A stretch of 64,000 nucleotides of DNA from Setoptus koraiensis (GCA_048013815.1 CM106586.1:10478001-10542000); one strand, 5' to 3'. Shown: positions 21,450 through 34,370, counted from the stretch's first letter. Numbers and translations: made by a program. Notes: a model not told the origin generated them from the sequence alone.

Positions 21450-24399
21450 TGAGTTACTTGTTATTATGACACGCTCATCGCTGTTGTTGTGATGACGCAA
21501 TTGTTGTTGTCTTCGCTGCAATAACGCGTTGCCTGGCTTCCTGTGTTTCTGCGTGCGAGAACGAATAAAGAATTACGTAATTAAGTACAAGCGAATACAA
21601 CAAGCACGTGTTAGTTGTGTGTTAATTGATTGATGGGCAGTTAATTGATTAATTGGCTTTTTGGGACTGGACTAATTAGGCTGTTGCCGCTTTTGCATAC
21701 ACGCATCGCATGGCATCGCATGGCATTGCATCTCATGGCATCGCATTCAAATGATAAATGGATATAATGATTGAGTGAGGCGACCGGCGAGCTCGACGAC
21801 ACATTCGCTACTGGCGCGCTGTGTGTGTGATTAGGACGAATTGGCATATTGTTGTCGAAAATACATCGATGCGTTGCCGCCAGTATCAAGTGGCAGCAGC
21901 CAATACCGGTAATTTGTGCGACAGAGTACGGGAAAGTGACTACCAAAGTGAAGTGTCGCAACAGCAGCAACAACGACCGAGGCAACGACAGAAACGGCGA
22001 CAGAGGCGACGGCGACAAAGGCAACGGCGAACAATAAACAAGCAGAAAAAAAGAACAGGGCGCAACGAAATGAAAGAGCGCAAAAAATACAAACGAAGGG
22101 TGCATTAATCGGCCGGCGGGATGCGGACAGTTTACCGTTACTGTTGGTGTGTTCAAACATCAAAATTAGAATCACAGATTAATCTCGAGCAAAGAATGGG
22201 CGCCAGCCAACGACACATTTCAATAGACACTTGTTGCGGAAAGCCAACAACAATGGTGCCTTTATTATGATTATGCAAGCAGCAACAGGTGATATTGATT
22301 GATACACATTGACTAGATTGATAGAGCTATTATTATTGTTGTTGTCGTTGTTGTTGCTGCTGCTGCTGCAATTGATCATAGGCCACTCTCGCCACCGTAC
22401 ACACATGCCATGTTACATGGCTTATGTAACATGGCCAGATAAATAGCGAGTGGGTATCAACAATCGGCTTTGCAGTTTATTATATCGCCGGCCGGCCGGT
22501 CGGCCGTCGCTCGATATCGGCGCATATCACTCGACATGGACATACGCATATCAATGCGTATCAATGGATGCAATCGATGCACATCGCTGAATATCCACTG
22601 TCACAACTGGTCACAACTGGTGACACTGTCAGTGGACAGAGTCAGATGACTCGGTTTCTATCGCACACAACTTGTCTTTCATCATGAGTGTTTGTGTTGC
22701 GTAACCTCACCTTGCCTCAACAACAAATAGAGCCATCACAATGGAAAAAGCAATCGCATTCGTTGCGTAACAGTGCGACCAGTGTGTGCATGTCATTATA
22801 TTTGGCGCCATCATGAAGCGAAACGCTGCAGTAGCGAAACGATGCAGCGAAATGTTGCAGCGAAATGAAGCCATATGCTGAATTTGTGAATGAATTGTTG
22901 TTGATGTCGGACAATTGAAAACACTTTCAGATCGGGCATTATGCAGCGCCGATGCAGCATGCTCCACCGGCTCAGCTGATCGGCTCGGCGAGACACTTGC
23001 CGTGGTAGCATCGCGAAACTCGAGAGCTTCGAGACTCGAGACTCTCGAGTCGAGCGGCTGCAGAGGCGATTGACCCGACGCTTTTTGTTTTTGTTTATAG
23101 TGGACCAATAATAGTGGTTGCGCAATGCAAGATGACGCTCCGAAAAAAAGACGAAAAAAAGCGAAAAAAACAGCTGAAATAATATATATAAATAACGGTT
23201 GACAAAGCTGCAGAGAAATGTGTTGTTGCGTATATTTGTTGCCCGTATCTGTAATAGCCATCACATTTGCAGCTAGAGACACCTGTTGCTGCTGGCCACT
23301 GGAGCGACAGGTATGCAGCGACAGGTATGCCGACTCGCATTTGCATTGGCTGCCCAAGAGCCAGTGGCCAATGTAAATGCGAGTCGAGTCAATCATTAGA
23401 TCTGTCAATACATGGCTATTAGAGGATAAAATCGTGTAATGGAGTCAACACGACAACACATATGATGATGATTTTATTCTTACAAGTCATACAAACAAAG
23501 CGCAAACGTTGCAACAAACATGAAATTGAACGACGCTCGAGGCCAACGAGCGATCCACATAAACATAACAGATGATAGTGTGCCCAACAACGACAACAAA
23601 AACAACGCCAACAACAACAACTCTGTCCATTGTAAGTGGTCACATAAATCCAATATCATCCAGTCCACGGCAATCATTGTGATATCTCATATGAGCCGGC
23701 CAGGTGATACCAGGTGAGGTTAACATGGCAACGAACGACACAACTAAGCACACACTTAGTGGCGACACTTTCCAATGGCCGGCCCATGACGGCCGAAAGT
23801 GCCGACTGTGCTGCCCCTACATCATGTAAGCTACATGACAATTACGTCACAGTGGACACAGCGAACGATCAACTTGGCAGCGGCCAGAATTATTCACTGG
23901 CCGCTTCAGCTGGCTTCAGCCACAAAAAGAAAAAGTTGAAAAGTCGAAAGTCTAAAGAAGAAACAGAAAAAGAAAAATGTTGCCTGCACTTGGCATCGCG
24001 CTGACGCAGTGTCAGTTTATCAGCTATCACCTCTGTCTATTTATCTGTCTGTTTATCTGTCTGTTTATCTGTCTGTTTATCTGCCTCCATGTTTGTGTGC
24101 GCGATTTGCCCGTCACTGATAGGCCACCGATTTATCAATTGGAACCCCATGCAATCGTGGAGATGCGCGCCGAAATTCGCGCCTCGCTTCGAAATGGCCC
24201 AGTCGAAAGAGTTGAGATACGAGCAACTGACAAGTTGTGAGTTGGGCCAATTTTCGCCGCAATGTTCACATGTGGATATTTCGTCGGAATCTTTTCGAGA
24301 TAATTTCGAAAATCGAAATGCCGCGCGAGCTGCTCGTCGGCGAAGCTGTCGTGAATAGTTCGGACGTTGTGAATAGCTTGTGCCGCTTTCGAAGGGCGA

Positions 24400-24460
24400 G
24401 AAAAATCTCGACGGCGCGAAAAATCTCGACGGCGCGAAAAATCTCGACGGCACGAAAAAA
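24400..24460. repeat. 18-bp tandem repeat x3 (AAAATCTCGACGGCGCGA)
   Basis: Read directly from the sequence. Confidence 0.85.
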
Positions 24461-24639
24461 TAACGGCGCATTGGAGATCGCTGCCTAATGGTCTAATGGC
24501 CCGACGGCCCAACGGCCTAATGGTCCGATGGCCTAACGGGCCAATGGCAGATCATGGCGTAATGGCTCGGCTAAACTGTCCAGTGACTTTCACACGTCGG
24601 CAGCCAAGTTCAGTGGCCAAGTTCACGAAACATCGCAGC

Positions 24640-24720
24640 ATTATGTAACATTATACAATATCATACAATATTGCGCAGTATTGTGCAGTATTGTGCAACA
24701 TTTTACAATATTTTGCAGTG
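24640..24720. repeat. Degenerate 10-bp tandem array x8 (ATTATGTAAC/ATTGTGCAGT-like units)
   Basis: Consecutive 10-nt blocks ttatgtaaca, ttatacaata, tcatacaata, ttgcgcagta, ttgtgcagta, ttgtgcaaca, ttttacaata, ttttgcagtg. Confidence 0.75.
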
Positions 24721-27520
24721 TTTTGCGATCTCGGTGCAAGTGCATCCAGCGGCCGGTTGCAGCGGACAGTCACAATGGGCTAATATAATTATTGACTGTT
24801 GCGTAATGGTGTCTACGAACTGTGTAGGCCCTTTTTTCTCCATTCGGCACACACTGTTATTCAACGGATTGTCGTTTGAAAAGTCGTTGAAATTTCAAAC
24901 ACGAAGCGGCGTGAACCGCACCGAAAATTGATGGTTGTTGTGACAGCGAGAGCAGCTTATTTTTGATGAAAAGCATCATGATAAAGTGTCGATGATGAAA
25001 TGTGGCCAGTGCCGAAATTGAAAAGGCAACTCAAAGCGGCTAATCGTGCGCCCGGCACACACACACACAAATATCAAATATCGTTGTAAACTTTCTAAAC
25101 TTTCTAAACGATAATTGTCCATCTTCGCACACTTGTGTTCCCTGGCAGCTTTATTTTATCTTTATTTTTCGTGCCCATCGTGCTGGACACGCCGGCCGGC
25201 CGGCCGGTCGCTCACTTTTGGCGCCCTCAATGAGTGGCTACTTGGTGAATTTTGCTGACAGGTGAGTCGGTGTAATCGTTGTGAAATATCAATTGAAAAA
25301 TAAACATCGACGTGACCCGACTTGCACACTTGTCAACGGTGGCACTAAACTCGTGGGAACAGTCCAGCGCCAACTATTTATGGATTTCATCACGCCGAAA
25401 TGCGACGAATGCGGCCAAACGGAGCGACCAACTGACGGCAATCGCTGTTCGCTGATTATGCGGATGACGCGGATTATCCGAATAATCGGCGTTATCCGGA
25501 TAACGCCGATTATTCGGACAATCAGACAGAGGTGATTCGTAGTCATTATGATCGAATCGTTGGAGTCCGGCTCGAGGCTCTCGAGTCAAGAGGCTCGTGC
25601 CGGCGACTGCGGGTGGCGTTGTGATCGAGCTACTCACCAGCATTGTATCGGTTGCTCCTGTTGCTAGATTCAGCTGACGGCTCCGATTGCCGGGGGCCAG
25701 ATTTTCGGCTGGTCGACGAAATTGTTTCAATTGTGCTCACTAACGAGGTGCGTTTCTTTCCTCAGCATATTGTTCTGTTTGCGCTCTGTCGCCGGCCGAT
25801 CGATTGGTTCGCGCCGATTGGTTGGTTCGCGGCCGATTTTTCTGGTTCGCGGCCGATTTTTCTAGTTCGCGGCCGATCGATTGGCTGGCTCGAGGCCGAC
25901 TGACACTTGTTGGACTGGTTAGAGCGAAATATTGGCGTCAATTTCCGTGCAATATTTGCATTCGCTATATATATAACTGGACTATTGGCTCGCTATTGCG
26001 TGTCGCGTTGTGCCGGGCCCCTTTCTCGGCGGGCGCTTGTCGATGTCTTGCTGATTACGTAACTACGTGATTCAATTCGCACATACAGTGTCGTTATTGG
26101 TGGTTGATTATGTGACGATTATGCAATCAGTATGCAATCAGATGGGCAGATTTGCTTGGGCGATGCGATTAGCGGCCGAGATCGATGTTGCTTGCGCTGT
26201 TGGACGAACACAAATGAAGGCACAATGCGCGACTTTAATTGCTGGCCACCTATTACTATTTACCTGTCGCCGTTATCTGTCACTGTCGTATGTCACTGTT
26301 GTATGTCGCTGTCGTATGTCACTGTTGTGTTTGTCTGTCTTGTGGCGGCAAATCGCAAGTGTTGCGAGTATCGGATGGGTGTCGAATGTCGGCGCTAGAT
26401 GTGAATGACTCACTGCAACGGCTCACTGAATAACCGAGTGACTTATTACATAATGATGTTGCGTTCATTCATCTCTCGCTCGATCACTCAATTCTGTTTG
26501 TGTTTTGTGTGGCGACACCAGCAACTAAAGCGCCAACTGAGCCAGCAACCAAGCCAGCGGCATTGCGGTGCGGTGCGGTTCGGCGCGGTTCGGCGCGGTT
26601 CAATTTGCAAAATTGAATACCGCACTCGCAAGCAACAAACAAAACGCAGCGTTCGCTGTCTTCGGCGCTTCGAAGCCTCGGCGCTTCGGCACTTCGGAGC
26701 GGCTGCCCCGAACACGCCAAAGCCGCCGGGCTGCACACAAAGAGCTAGCCAGCGAACGGCCGTCGAAGCAACCAGAGAAGCGGCTAGAGAAGCGGCCAGC
26801 GAACTGCAACAAGTCACCTGGCGAAGCACGGCTGTGCTTCGCCAGGTGAGCGCCGTGTGTCAGCGAGTGGCGAGGGTGTCTCAGGCGGGCACACGGCGAG
26901 GGTTGTACTGTCACGTTCGTGTGTTCTTTGTTGGAGCTGGCTGGCTGTGGCGCAAGTGGCGCCAAGCGGCGGCCAGCGGCCCAAAGAGCACACAAAGAAC
27001 GGGCCGAGCAAGAAGAAGCCTTCGAATTTCGTCCCTTTCGAAGTTCGAAATTCGAAATTCGAAAGGAACGCTATGCCGAACGCTCGGCCAGAGAATCGAT
27101 CTGACACACACACTGACAACAACAATCATGTCATTGGCTGCTGCCAGCGCGACCGATCACTCTCTCGGTGATGTGTGAACGATGTGCAAATGAAGTGCCA
27201 ACGATACCTGTGCACCGACTCGGGGCACCGTGCATCAATACGCTGGTCAGCGAGTCGATTGCAGCCCGACGAAACAGAAAGCGGCTCGGCGAGACCGAAA
27301 GAAGCGACGATACAGAAAGAAGCGGCGCGCCGAAACGAAAGTGGACAAAGAAGTGGAGGGAATGTGAACTGTGAGCGATGCGTCTTCATTGCATCGGCTG
27401 CTATTATTATTTATTGATGGCACATCGCCGATATAGAGCACAATCATTAGAGTGGCTCGCTGCTCACTGACTGATTGAAAATTGATTGACGGCCATGGAC
27501 GTCGGGCCGTTTTTTCTCGC

Positions 27521-27820
27521 CAGGTGTGCCGATGTGGCGATTGGCCGACCGAGCGACTGGATGAAGCGGCCGAGCTACTAGACGCGCCGGTGACTAGACC
27601 AGGTGACTAGACCAGGTGAGTAGACGCAGCGAGTGCGGTATGGCCAACAATACAAAATATTGCCCACGCTGCTAATGGAAACAAATGACAGTGATCGCTT
27701 CGGTGAACCGCTCGCTGGCATGCAAAATATCGCCACCGTCTCACCTTGTCGAGCGGCCGGCTCATCCAGCTCACCTGTGCACCGTCTCACCTGTGCATCG
27801 TCTCACCTGTATATCAGCTG
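27521..27820. promoter_or_regulatory. Candidate enhancer: cluster of six CAGGTG/CACCTG E-boxes plus one CAGCTG, downstream of SKOR
   Basis: Sites at 27521, 27600, 27613, 27772, 27788, 27804 and CAGCTG at 27815. Function is inferred only. Confidence 0.35.
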
Positions 27821-29347
27821 TGTTCAGCAGGTATTATGTCACCAATGTGCAGGCCACTGCGACTCGCACCGCCAGCAGTTGATACAAAGCCGCACACAAT
27901 TGGCCGGCCGAGTCGAGCTAATTTAACTGTCAAAATTGTCAAATTTTCCAAAATTGGCTAATCTAATCGCAAATCATGCAATCAAATTGATTGCGTCATG
28001 TCACTTTTTGTTGCCCATTGTCTTGTTGTTATCTGTTGCTCGTCTCGGCTTGTTGCCACCGCTCGCAATGTGCCCACATTTGTCAGTGACTGTCAGTGCA
28101 CTTGCCACTGACAGCTGACAGTCAGCTGACAGTCAGCTGGCTCGCTCGAAATCGGCCAGCGGCGCGTTGAGAGCGCCGTTGCAGCCAGCCAGCGGTCTTG
28201 TCAACTGTCAAACGGCTCTCATCTCTGTGCAACGCACTGCGACATGTTGTAGCGACTTGCAGAGACTTGCAGAGACTTGCAGAGACATCCCAAAACGCGA
28301 ATCGCAATTCGCGATGCGCAAATCACGTCACTTTGCATCGGTCAGCCGATTAGTCACTCTAGTTAGAGTCACTCTCACTAGAATCACTCTCAAACAGTTA
28401 TGTTAACTAGAGTGACCGCTGTCACCATCATTGTTGTTATTCAGTACCGGCAAACGAGGCGCCCTGCTTATTGTTGCACGCAAACAGAGTTCAACAATCT
28501 TTAATCAAGTGTCACGCCACAGCTGATTCGAGTGACCAACAGCTGACCGCTGTCGCTCGGCTCTTCGATTCGCGATAGCTTGTGTGCAATCCATCACTGA
28601 CAAGTTGGCCGTCGGTGTCGCCCCAAGGCGAGTGAAATCGTGTAAACTTGACATGAATAAGAGAGAAAACGCTAATGGAACAAATGACCCATTAAGTGTC
28701 AATGTTATTGTGATCAAGCGTGTGATCTAATTATAGTTTTGTAAGCAAAAATGCTAAAAATGGCCACCAGGTCGCCCTGGGCTGTGTGTGTGATTTGTGT
28801 GAGACGCCTAGCTAATGGTTATGACAGCGCTCACAAATATGCTAATGATGCGACTCATGTATGACTCACTGTGTAACGGTGCTTGTGACAGGTAACAGTG
28901 CAAAATGGTTGCATCATTAGTGTAATGACTCTCTCGTTGACAAGTGATCGCTTATGACTCATTAGAGATGCAAATACATTGTGTATTACATTGTGTATCG
29001 GCCAATCGCTTGCTTGCGTTGACTAGACAAGCGGACGAAAATAGACGCCACGATACAGTGACATGATTGCGCCATTTATTGATTACAATTGTATTACAGT
29101 AGTGATGTATCAGTTGTCCATTTATAAGCCCGATTTTGGCAGCAACAGCGCCCTCTTTCAATCATTATCCAGGGTCGTTATGAGAGCCGTTGCACGCCAT
29201 TTGTGTTGTTTATGTGATTATGTAACCTTTACACAATGTGTTGTGTGTTTGTCGTCATCACGCCGATGTTGCCTGTTGCCCAATTGACAGCTCGACTCAG
29301 CTGGTCAGCTGGTGCTGATCAGCTGATGCTGGTCGGCTGTCTGCTAG

Positions 29348-29437
29348 TTGGTTGTTGGCCGGTTGTTGGCCGGTTGTTGCCTGGTTGTTGCCTGGTTGTT
29401 GGCTGGTTGTTGGCTGGTTGTCGGCCGGTTGTTGGCT
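29348..29437. repeat. 11-bp tandem array x8 (GC[C/T]GGTTGTTG-like) immediately 3' of the SKOR stop codon
   Basis: Read directly from the sequence. Confidence 0.85.
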
Positions 29438-29445
29438 GCCAAAAG

Positions 29446-29591
29446 TCAAGTTGGCGACAGTGCGCTCATGTCGGCCTTGCCAGCGGGCGACGTTGTTGGC
29501 AGGCCAGCGACGGGCGTTGTTGACTCGCGACTCACATTGTTGCTGTTTGCTGTGCTCATCAACTGATTGTTGCTGTTGTTGTTGCTGCTGT

Positions 29592-29623
<32 letters not shown>

Positions 29624-32600
29624 TTTTGGTGCTGTTGGTTGCTGATAGCGGTGGTGCTGTTGCTGTTGTAATACATATTGGCCGTTATGTTGGGCCAACA
29701 GAGCAAATTGTTGGCCGCCATCACTGTGGCCGACATGGCCTGACTCCTCAGCGCGATGTTGGCCAGACTGGCTTGCAGCAGGGCCCGCGCCGACAGTTGT
29801 TGAGTGTTGTTGTTGCTGTTGTTGTTGCCTTGCTCATCGTGGTCATTGTTTTGATTGTTTAGATGGCTCGAGGGCGACTGTTGCGACTGTCCGGTTGCGT
29901 CCGCTTGGCCCGTGTTGAGCGCGCCTAGATCGCTCGCATTAGTTGATCGCTGTTGCGGTTGTTGATTTGTCGTTTGTATTGGCTGCTGCTGCTGCTGTTG
30001 CATCATCATGGGCCCTTTGGCCGGTCTCGGGTTGTTGTTGTTGTTGTTGTTGTTGTTGTTGGTCTCACTTGTTGACAATCCGGCCGACAATAACTGCTGA
30101 CTATCATTGGTCAGCATCCATTGATTGGCCTGGCTGTGCTGGTGCTGTTGCGCTATTGCAATTGGACTTTTGCTACTGTTGCTGTTTGTAGTTGACTGAT
30201 TGACCGCTACGTGACTGTCGCCACTCCAATTGATTGAGTTAGTATTGTAATCGCTGTCCAAGTTGACGGCTCCACCAATCATATCCGTCACCATGGCCTC
30301 GTTGAATGGGCCCGCCACATGCTGCTGCTGCTGTTGTCTTTGTTGTTGCTTGTCCGGCGTGTGTCTGCTCGCTGTCGGGTCGCCCGGGCCGCACTGACCG
30401 GCGCTACCCGACACCGGCGGCGACGAGCACGCGACACCGGCAACAGTGTTGGTCAGGCCAATCAATGACGCTATCGAAGCGGCACTCGCGCTTTGCGACG
30501 CCGACTTGCCGTAGCACACGCCCCTGGCGTTGCCGCCGCCACCACCGGATGCCCCCAAGTCCGCGGGCGAGTCAGCGGGCAAATCAGCTGGCAGGTCGGG
30601 ACAATTGTACAGTCGGGCCTTGAGGAAATTTCCGAACAATATGCTAGTCTGTTGCTGTTGTTGTTGTTGTTGCTGCTGCTGTTGCTGCTGTAGTTGTTGC
30701 GGTGACGCCTGGTGGTGAAGTTTGTGGTTGTTGTGCAAATGATCCGCTGGGTCGAGCGACGACGCGGGCGCCAAACAATTAACCGCGCCTCCGCTGCTGT
30801 AAAGTAACTGTTGTTGTTGTTGCTGTTGTTGTTGTTGGTGCTGTCGCTGCTGGTTCAGCGCGTCCAGCAGCGAGTACCGGTCCAGCAGGCCGCTCGAATC
30901 AATGGCACTGGTCAGATGCGAACTGACCGACGGGTAGTTCTGGTGGAAGTTGGCCGCGGCGGCGGCGGCCGCAGCCGCGTGAACGGCCGCTCGGGCCACC
31001 GACCAGTGATGCTCCTGACTGGTGGCGGTCGCAAACGCAGCGGGCACACTGTTCGGGCCGGTCGGCGCGCCGAAGTGAAGTTGTTGCCGGTTGTGCTGCT
31101 CGGCCAACAACAACCGGCGCTGATTGTCCGCGGCGCTGATCGAGTTTATCGAGGCCAAATGATGGCCGAACTGGTTGTGAGCGCTGTTGTGTATCGTTGG
31201 CGACTCGTTGGAGTGCATGAGATTGGCGACGCTGCTGTTGACGTGGGGCAACAATTTGGGGAAACTGTTGTGCTGACCGCCGTTGTCTTGCTGACCGCTG
31301 CCGATGTGGCACGCCGCGTTGCCGGAAAAACCATTTCCGGTTTCTAGGCTGGTGTTGCCGCACGCCAAGACGTCTTTTATGTTGAACAGTGTGCGCTGCC
31401 TGTGCTGCTGCTGCTGACTGTGAATTTGTGCAATCTGACCACCAGTGGCGCTGCTGTTCCTTCGGGCCCGTTTTATATCGAACGCCGGCGGATATTTTGC
31501 GCTTGTGCGGTTGTCTGCGGGGTTTCCGGTGCCATAAATAGACGACAGAGGTCGCTTGGGCGCGCTTGTAACGCCAGCGCCAAGATCAGCCGACGCTGCT
31601 GATTGGCGCTGTTGCTTGAGTTTTCGCTGCAAATCGCTACTGGCCTGCGTGTCGTTGGTGTCTTGCTGCAGCAACAAATAGCTGCCGGCTCCGCTCACCA
31701 GGGGCGCGGAGCACGCATAGTCGTCGGTGTCGAGACCGTCCACGTCGAGCGGCACGTCCGGCGACGAGCGGTCGTCGTCTAGGTCGTGATCTAGCGCGTA
31801 CTTGTGCGCGTTGTCGGCGTGGGCGAACCCGTGCAATTGCTGTCGCGGCTGGTTGCTGTTTGGTTGCGGCCCCTCTACGGGCAAAAGCGGTTCCGAGCCG
31901 AGCTGTTTCTGGGCAAGTGTCGGGCCTCTGTCTGCGCTGTCGTGGCCGCATCGATCGAGCTGCATGAACGACGCCAGAAAGTGATTCTTTTTCATCTTTT
32001 GACTCATAGTGTCGCCCACTGCCATGGCCAGGTGATTGCTGTTGGCTTGGTTGTTGTTCAATGACGGCGACGACGATCGCTCGTCGTCGTCGTCATTGTC
32101 GTATATCATGTCCAGCTGGCCAATGGCGGCCGACTTGTGCAACTTATGCAAATTGGTGCCGATGCCGCGAGCCAACTGCTTGTGCTGCTGCTTCAATTGT
32201 TGCTGTTGCTTCATCGACACCACAACGTTTTCCAATCGCTGATGATGCAATCGGTGCTGATTGAGCATCGTGTGATGATCGATGTCCGACAAACTGTCCA
32301 GCTGTCTGTTGGTTGCGGCCGCTTGTCGCTTGCCCGTCTGCTCAGTCAACGAGTTGGCGACTTCCGGTTGCGATTTGCGATGCTGCTGCTGCTGTTGCTC
32401 TGCGTTTGCGACCAAGCTCGACGACGACGACGACGCGCCCTGGTGCCGATTCGACGACACTGACCGGCACTGGTCGGACACTTGATGATTGTCTTCTCTT
32501 GTCTGACCGTTGCCAATTGTCGCCGCTGGTTGTTGCTTGCTCGCCGTCGTCGGCATGCCGAACCCGGCCGCCGAGCCGCTGTGCTCCGGCGTAGACAGCG

Positions 32601-34284
32601 GTCCCCGTCGCCGGCTGCCCCCGTTGAACAGCGACTTGACATCTTCCCAGGCGTACCGGATGTCTTGCGGCTGGTCGCCCTCTAAATCTATGTGTTTGCG
32701 CCACGAGTTTATGTTGGGCGAGTCAGGCGGATTGCAGCTCTCGCTGGTGGCCGTTTGGTGCGAGTGAAATATGAATTTGTTTGGCGAATAAAATTCGCCA
32801 CAATGAAAACATTCAATGCATTTTGCGCGCGAACTGTTGTATCTGGCGGGCACAAAGCGCCCCTTGCAGCCAAAGTTGATCTTGTGCATCACTTCGAAAT
32901 AGAAATTTTCCGGCAATTTGGGTGGTTGCTCGTCCACAAGGAACGACCTGCACAATCGCTCGGCCTCTCGCATCGTTATCATGCCGCAGCGCCTGGACGA
33001 GATGGGCATCGCTCCGGCGCGCCTCAGCATCTATTTGTGCGGATATTTGTGCGGATATTCGGCCAGACATTTGTGCGGATATTTGACAAGATGTTTGTGC
33101 GGATATTCGGCGTAATTTCGTCGGATTCGGCATCGTTTTGTCGGATTCGGCATCGTTTTGTCGGATTCGGCGTCGTTTCGTCGGGCGAATTGGCGGCGAC
33201 GAGGTCGCATTTGAGAGGGCCGATTGGTTCATGTTAAAGTTATAAAAATATCAATTAAGTATTGAATTAAACAAACAAGAGAGGAGTCGGTTGGTGAGTA
33301 ACGGATTGTGACGGCACTGTGGCGCCATCTGTGGGCGCGCTTCTCGCACCGCGCATATATAGGCGGCGCGCGCGCGCGTTTGTTTTCAATCACGCTCATG
33401 AAATTGATTAATTGAATGCGCGTGATTGAAAACAAACGACGACACTACATAAATAAACAATCTATTACAATGCTAATTATTAGCACTAATTTGCGCTAGA
33501 TTGTCTATTATCGTAGCACGTGGATCAAAAATTGATAAGTATAATTAATTAATTAAGTAATTACCTCCAGCTGAACGGGCGTGCACTGGACACAGGTGAT
33601 GCCGAGCGCGACGCGCCTGTTGTGTATTTCGTTGTAGCTGAAGCCCTTGAGTAGAGTGTTGGATATTTGGGCCAAACACAGGCGCTCCCTGCCGTTGATG
33701 CTGAGCGCCACAATGGGCAAATCAAACAGATTCACCGTTTTGACATCTTCGTAATTAGTGTTGATGTTGTTGTTGCTGTTGGTCAGCTGTTGTTGTTGTT
33801 GTTGCTGTTGTTGGTTGTTGTGCGACGACATGAGCGAGCCGGAAGTTGACGACGACGACGACGACGACGGCGGCGACGACGAACGCTGGTTAATTGTCAC
33901 TGAAATTGTGCTTTGTATCGCTGTTGCAATTTGCGGGGGCGGCGAGGGCGAGCATGAGGCCGCTCGAACCGGGCCGAGAGTGTGATTGTGCTGATGAGTG
34001 GTGCCAGTTGCCGGAATAACGGTCTTGTTGTTGTGCTGTTGTTGGTGTTGCTGGTGTTGCTGGTGTTGTTGTTGTTGCCGTTGTTGCTGGTGTTGCTGTT
34101 GTTGTTGGTGTTGTTGGTGGTGCTGGAGTTGTTGCTGCTGGTGCCCGTTGAGCGTCAGCATGCCGTCATCGAAGCGACGTGCCAGTGGCGAGTACGGTGC
34201 GGTCTTGCTGTGAGTCTGGCGACCAATGTTGTAGCCGCTGTGGTCAGTTGCAGTTAAATGTGGCTCGTGCTGATAACTATTCAT
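29446..34284 (-). CDS. SKOR: SKI family transcriptional corepressor SKOR/fussel; predicted complement join(33565..34284,29446..33030), ~1434 aa
   Basis: The Ski/Sno/Dac domain LFDLPIVALSINGRERLCLAQISNTLLKGFSYNEIHNRRVALGITCVQCTPVQLE is spliced (GT at 33564, AG at 33032-33031, phase 0) to MLRRAGAMPISSRRCGMITMREAERLC. The SAND-like SMAD4-binding domain follows (ARYNSSRAKCIEC...SPNKFIFHSH...NSWRKH...AWEDVKSLFNGGSRRR), which is diagnostic of SKOR1/2 and fuss. The C-terminus is Q/N-rich; further 3' exons cannot be excluded. Confidence 0.93.
33031..33185. repeat. Intronic tandem arrays in SKOR: 12-bp ATTTGTGCGGAT-type units and 20-bp TCGGATTCGGCATCGTTTTG x3
   Basis: Read directly; the array abuts the 3' splice site. 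Confidence 0.85.
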
Positions 34285-34308
34285 GCTGTTCGCCAATTAC
34301 TGCTACGC

Positions 34309-34370
34309 GCTATGTCGCTATGTCGCTATGTCGCTATGTCGCTATGTCGCTATGTCGCTATGTCGCTATA
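34309..34370. repeat. 8-bp microsatellite (GCTATGTC)x7, 25 nt upstream of the SKOR ATG
   Basis: Read directly from the sequence. Confidence 0.95.

Noticed and set aside
22707-23408. 233-aa minus-strand ORF upstream of the orphan gene
   Set aside because: Non-ATG start, runs through simple repeats and has no domain. It is more likely UTR or intron; a possible UTR donor lies at ~22711.
30901-30911. AATGGCACTGG match to the start of miR-263/miR-96-family microRNAs
   Set aside because: It is only 11 nt, lies inside the SKOR coding exon, and has no hairpin.
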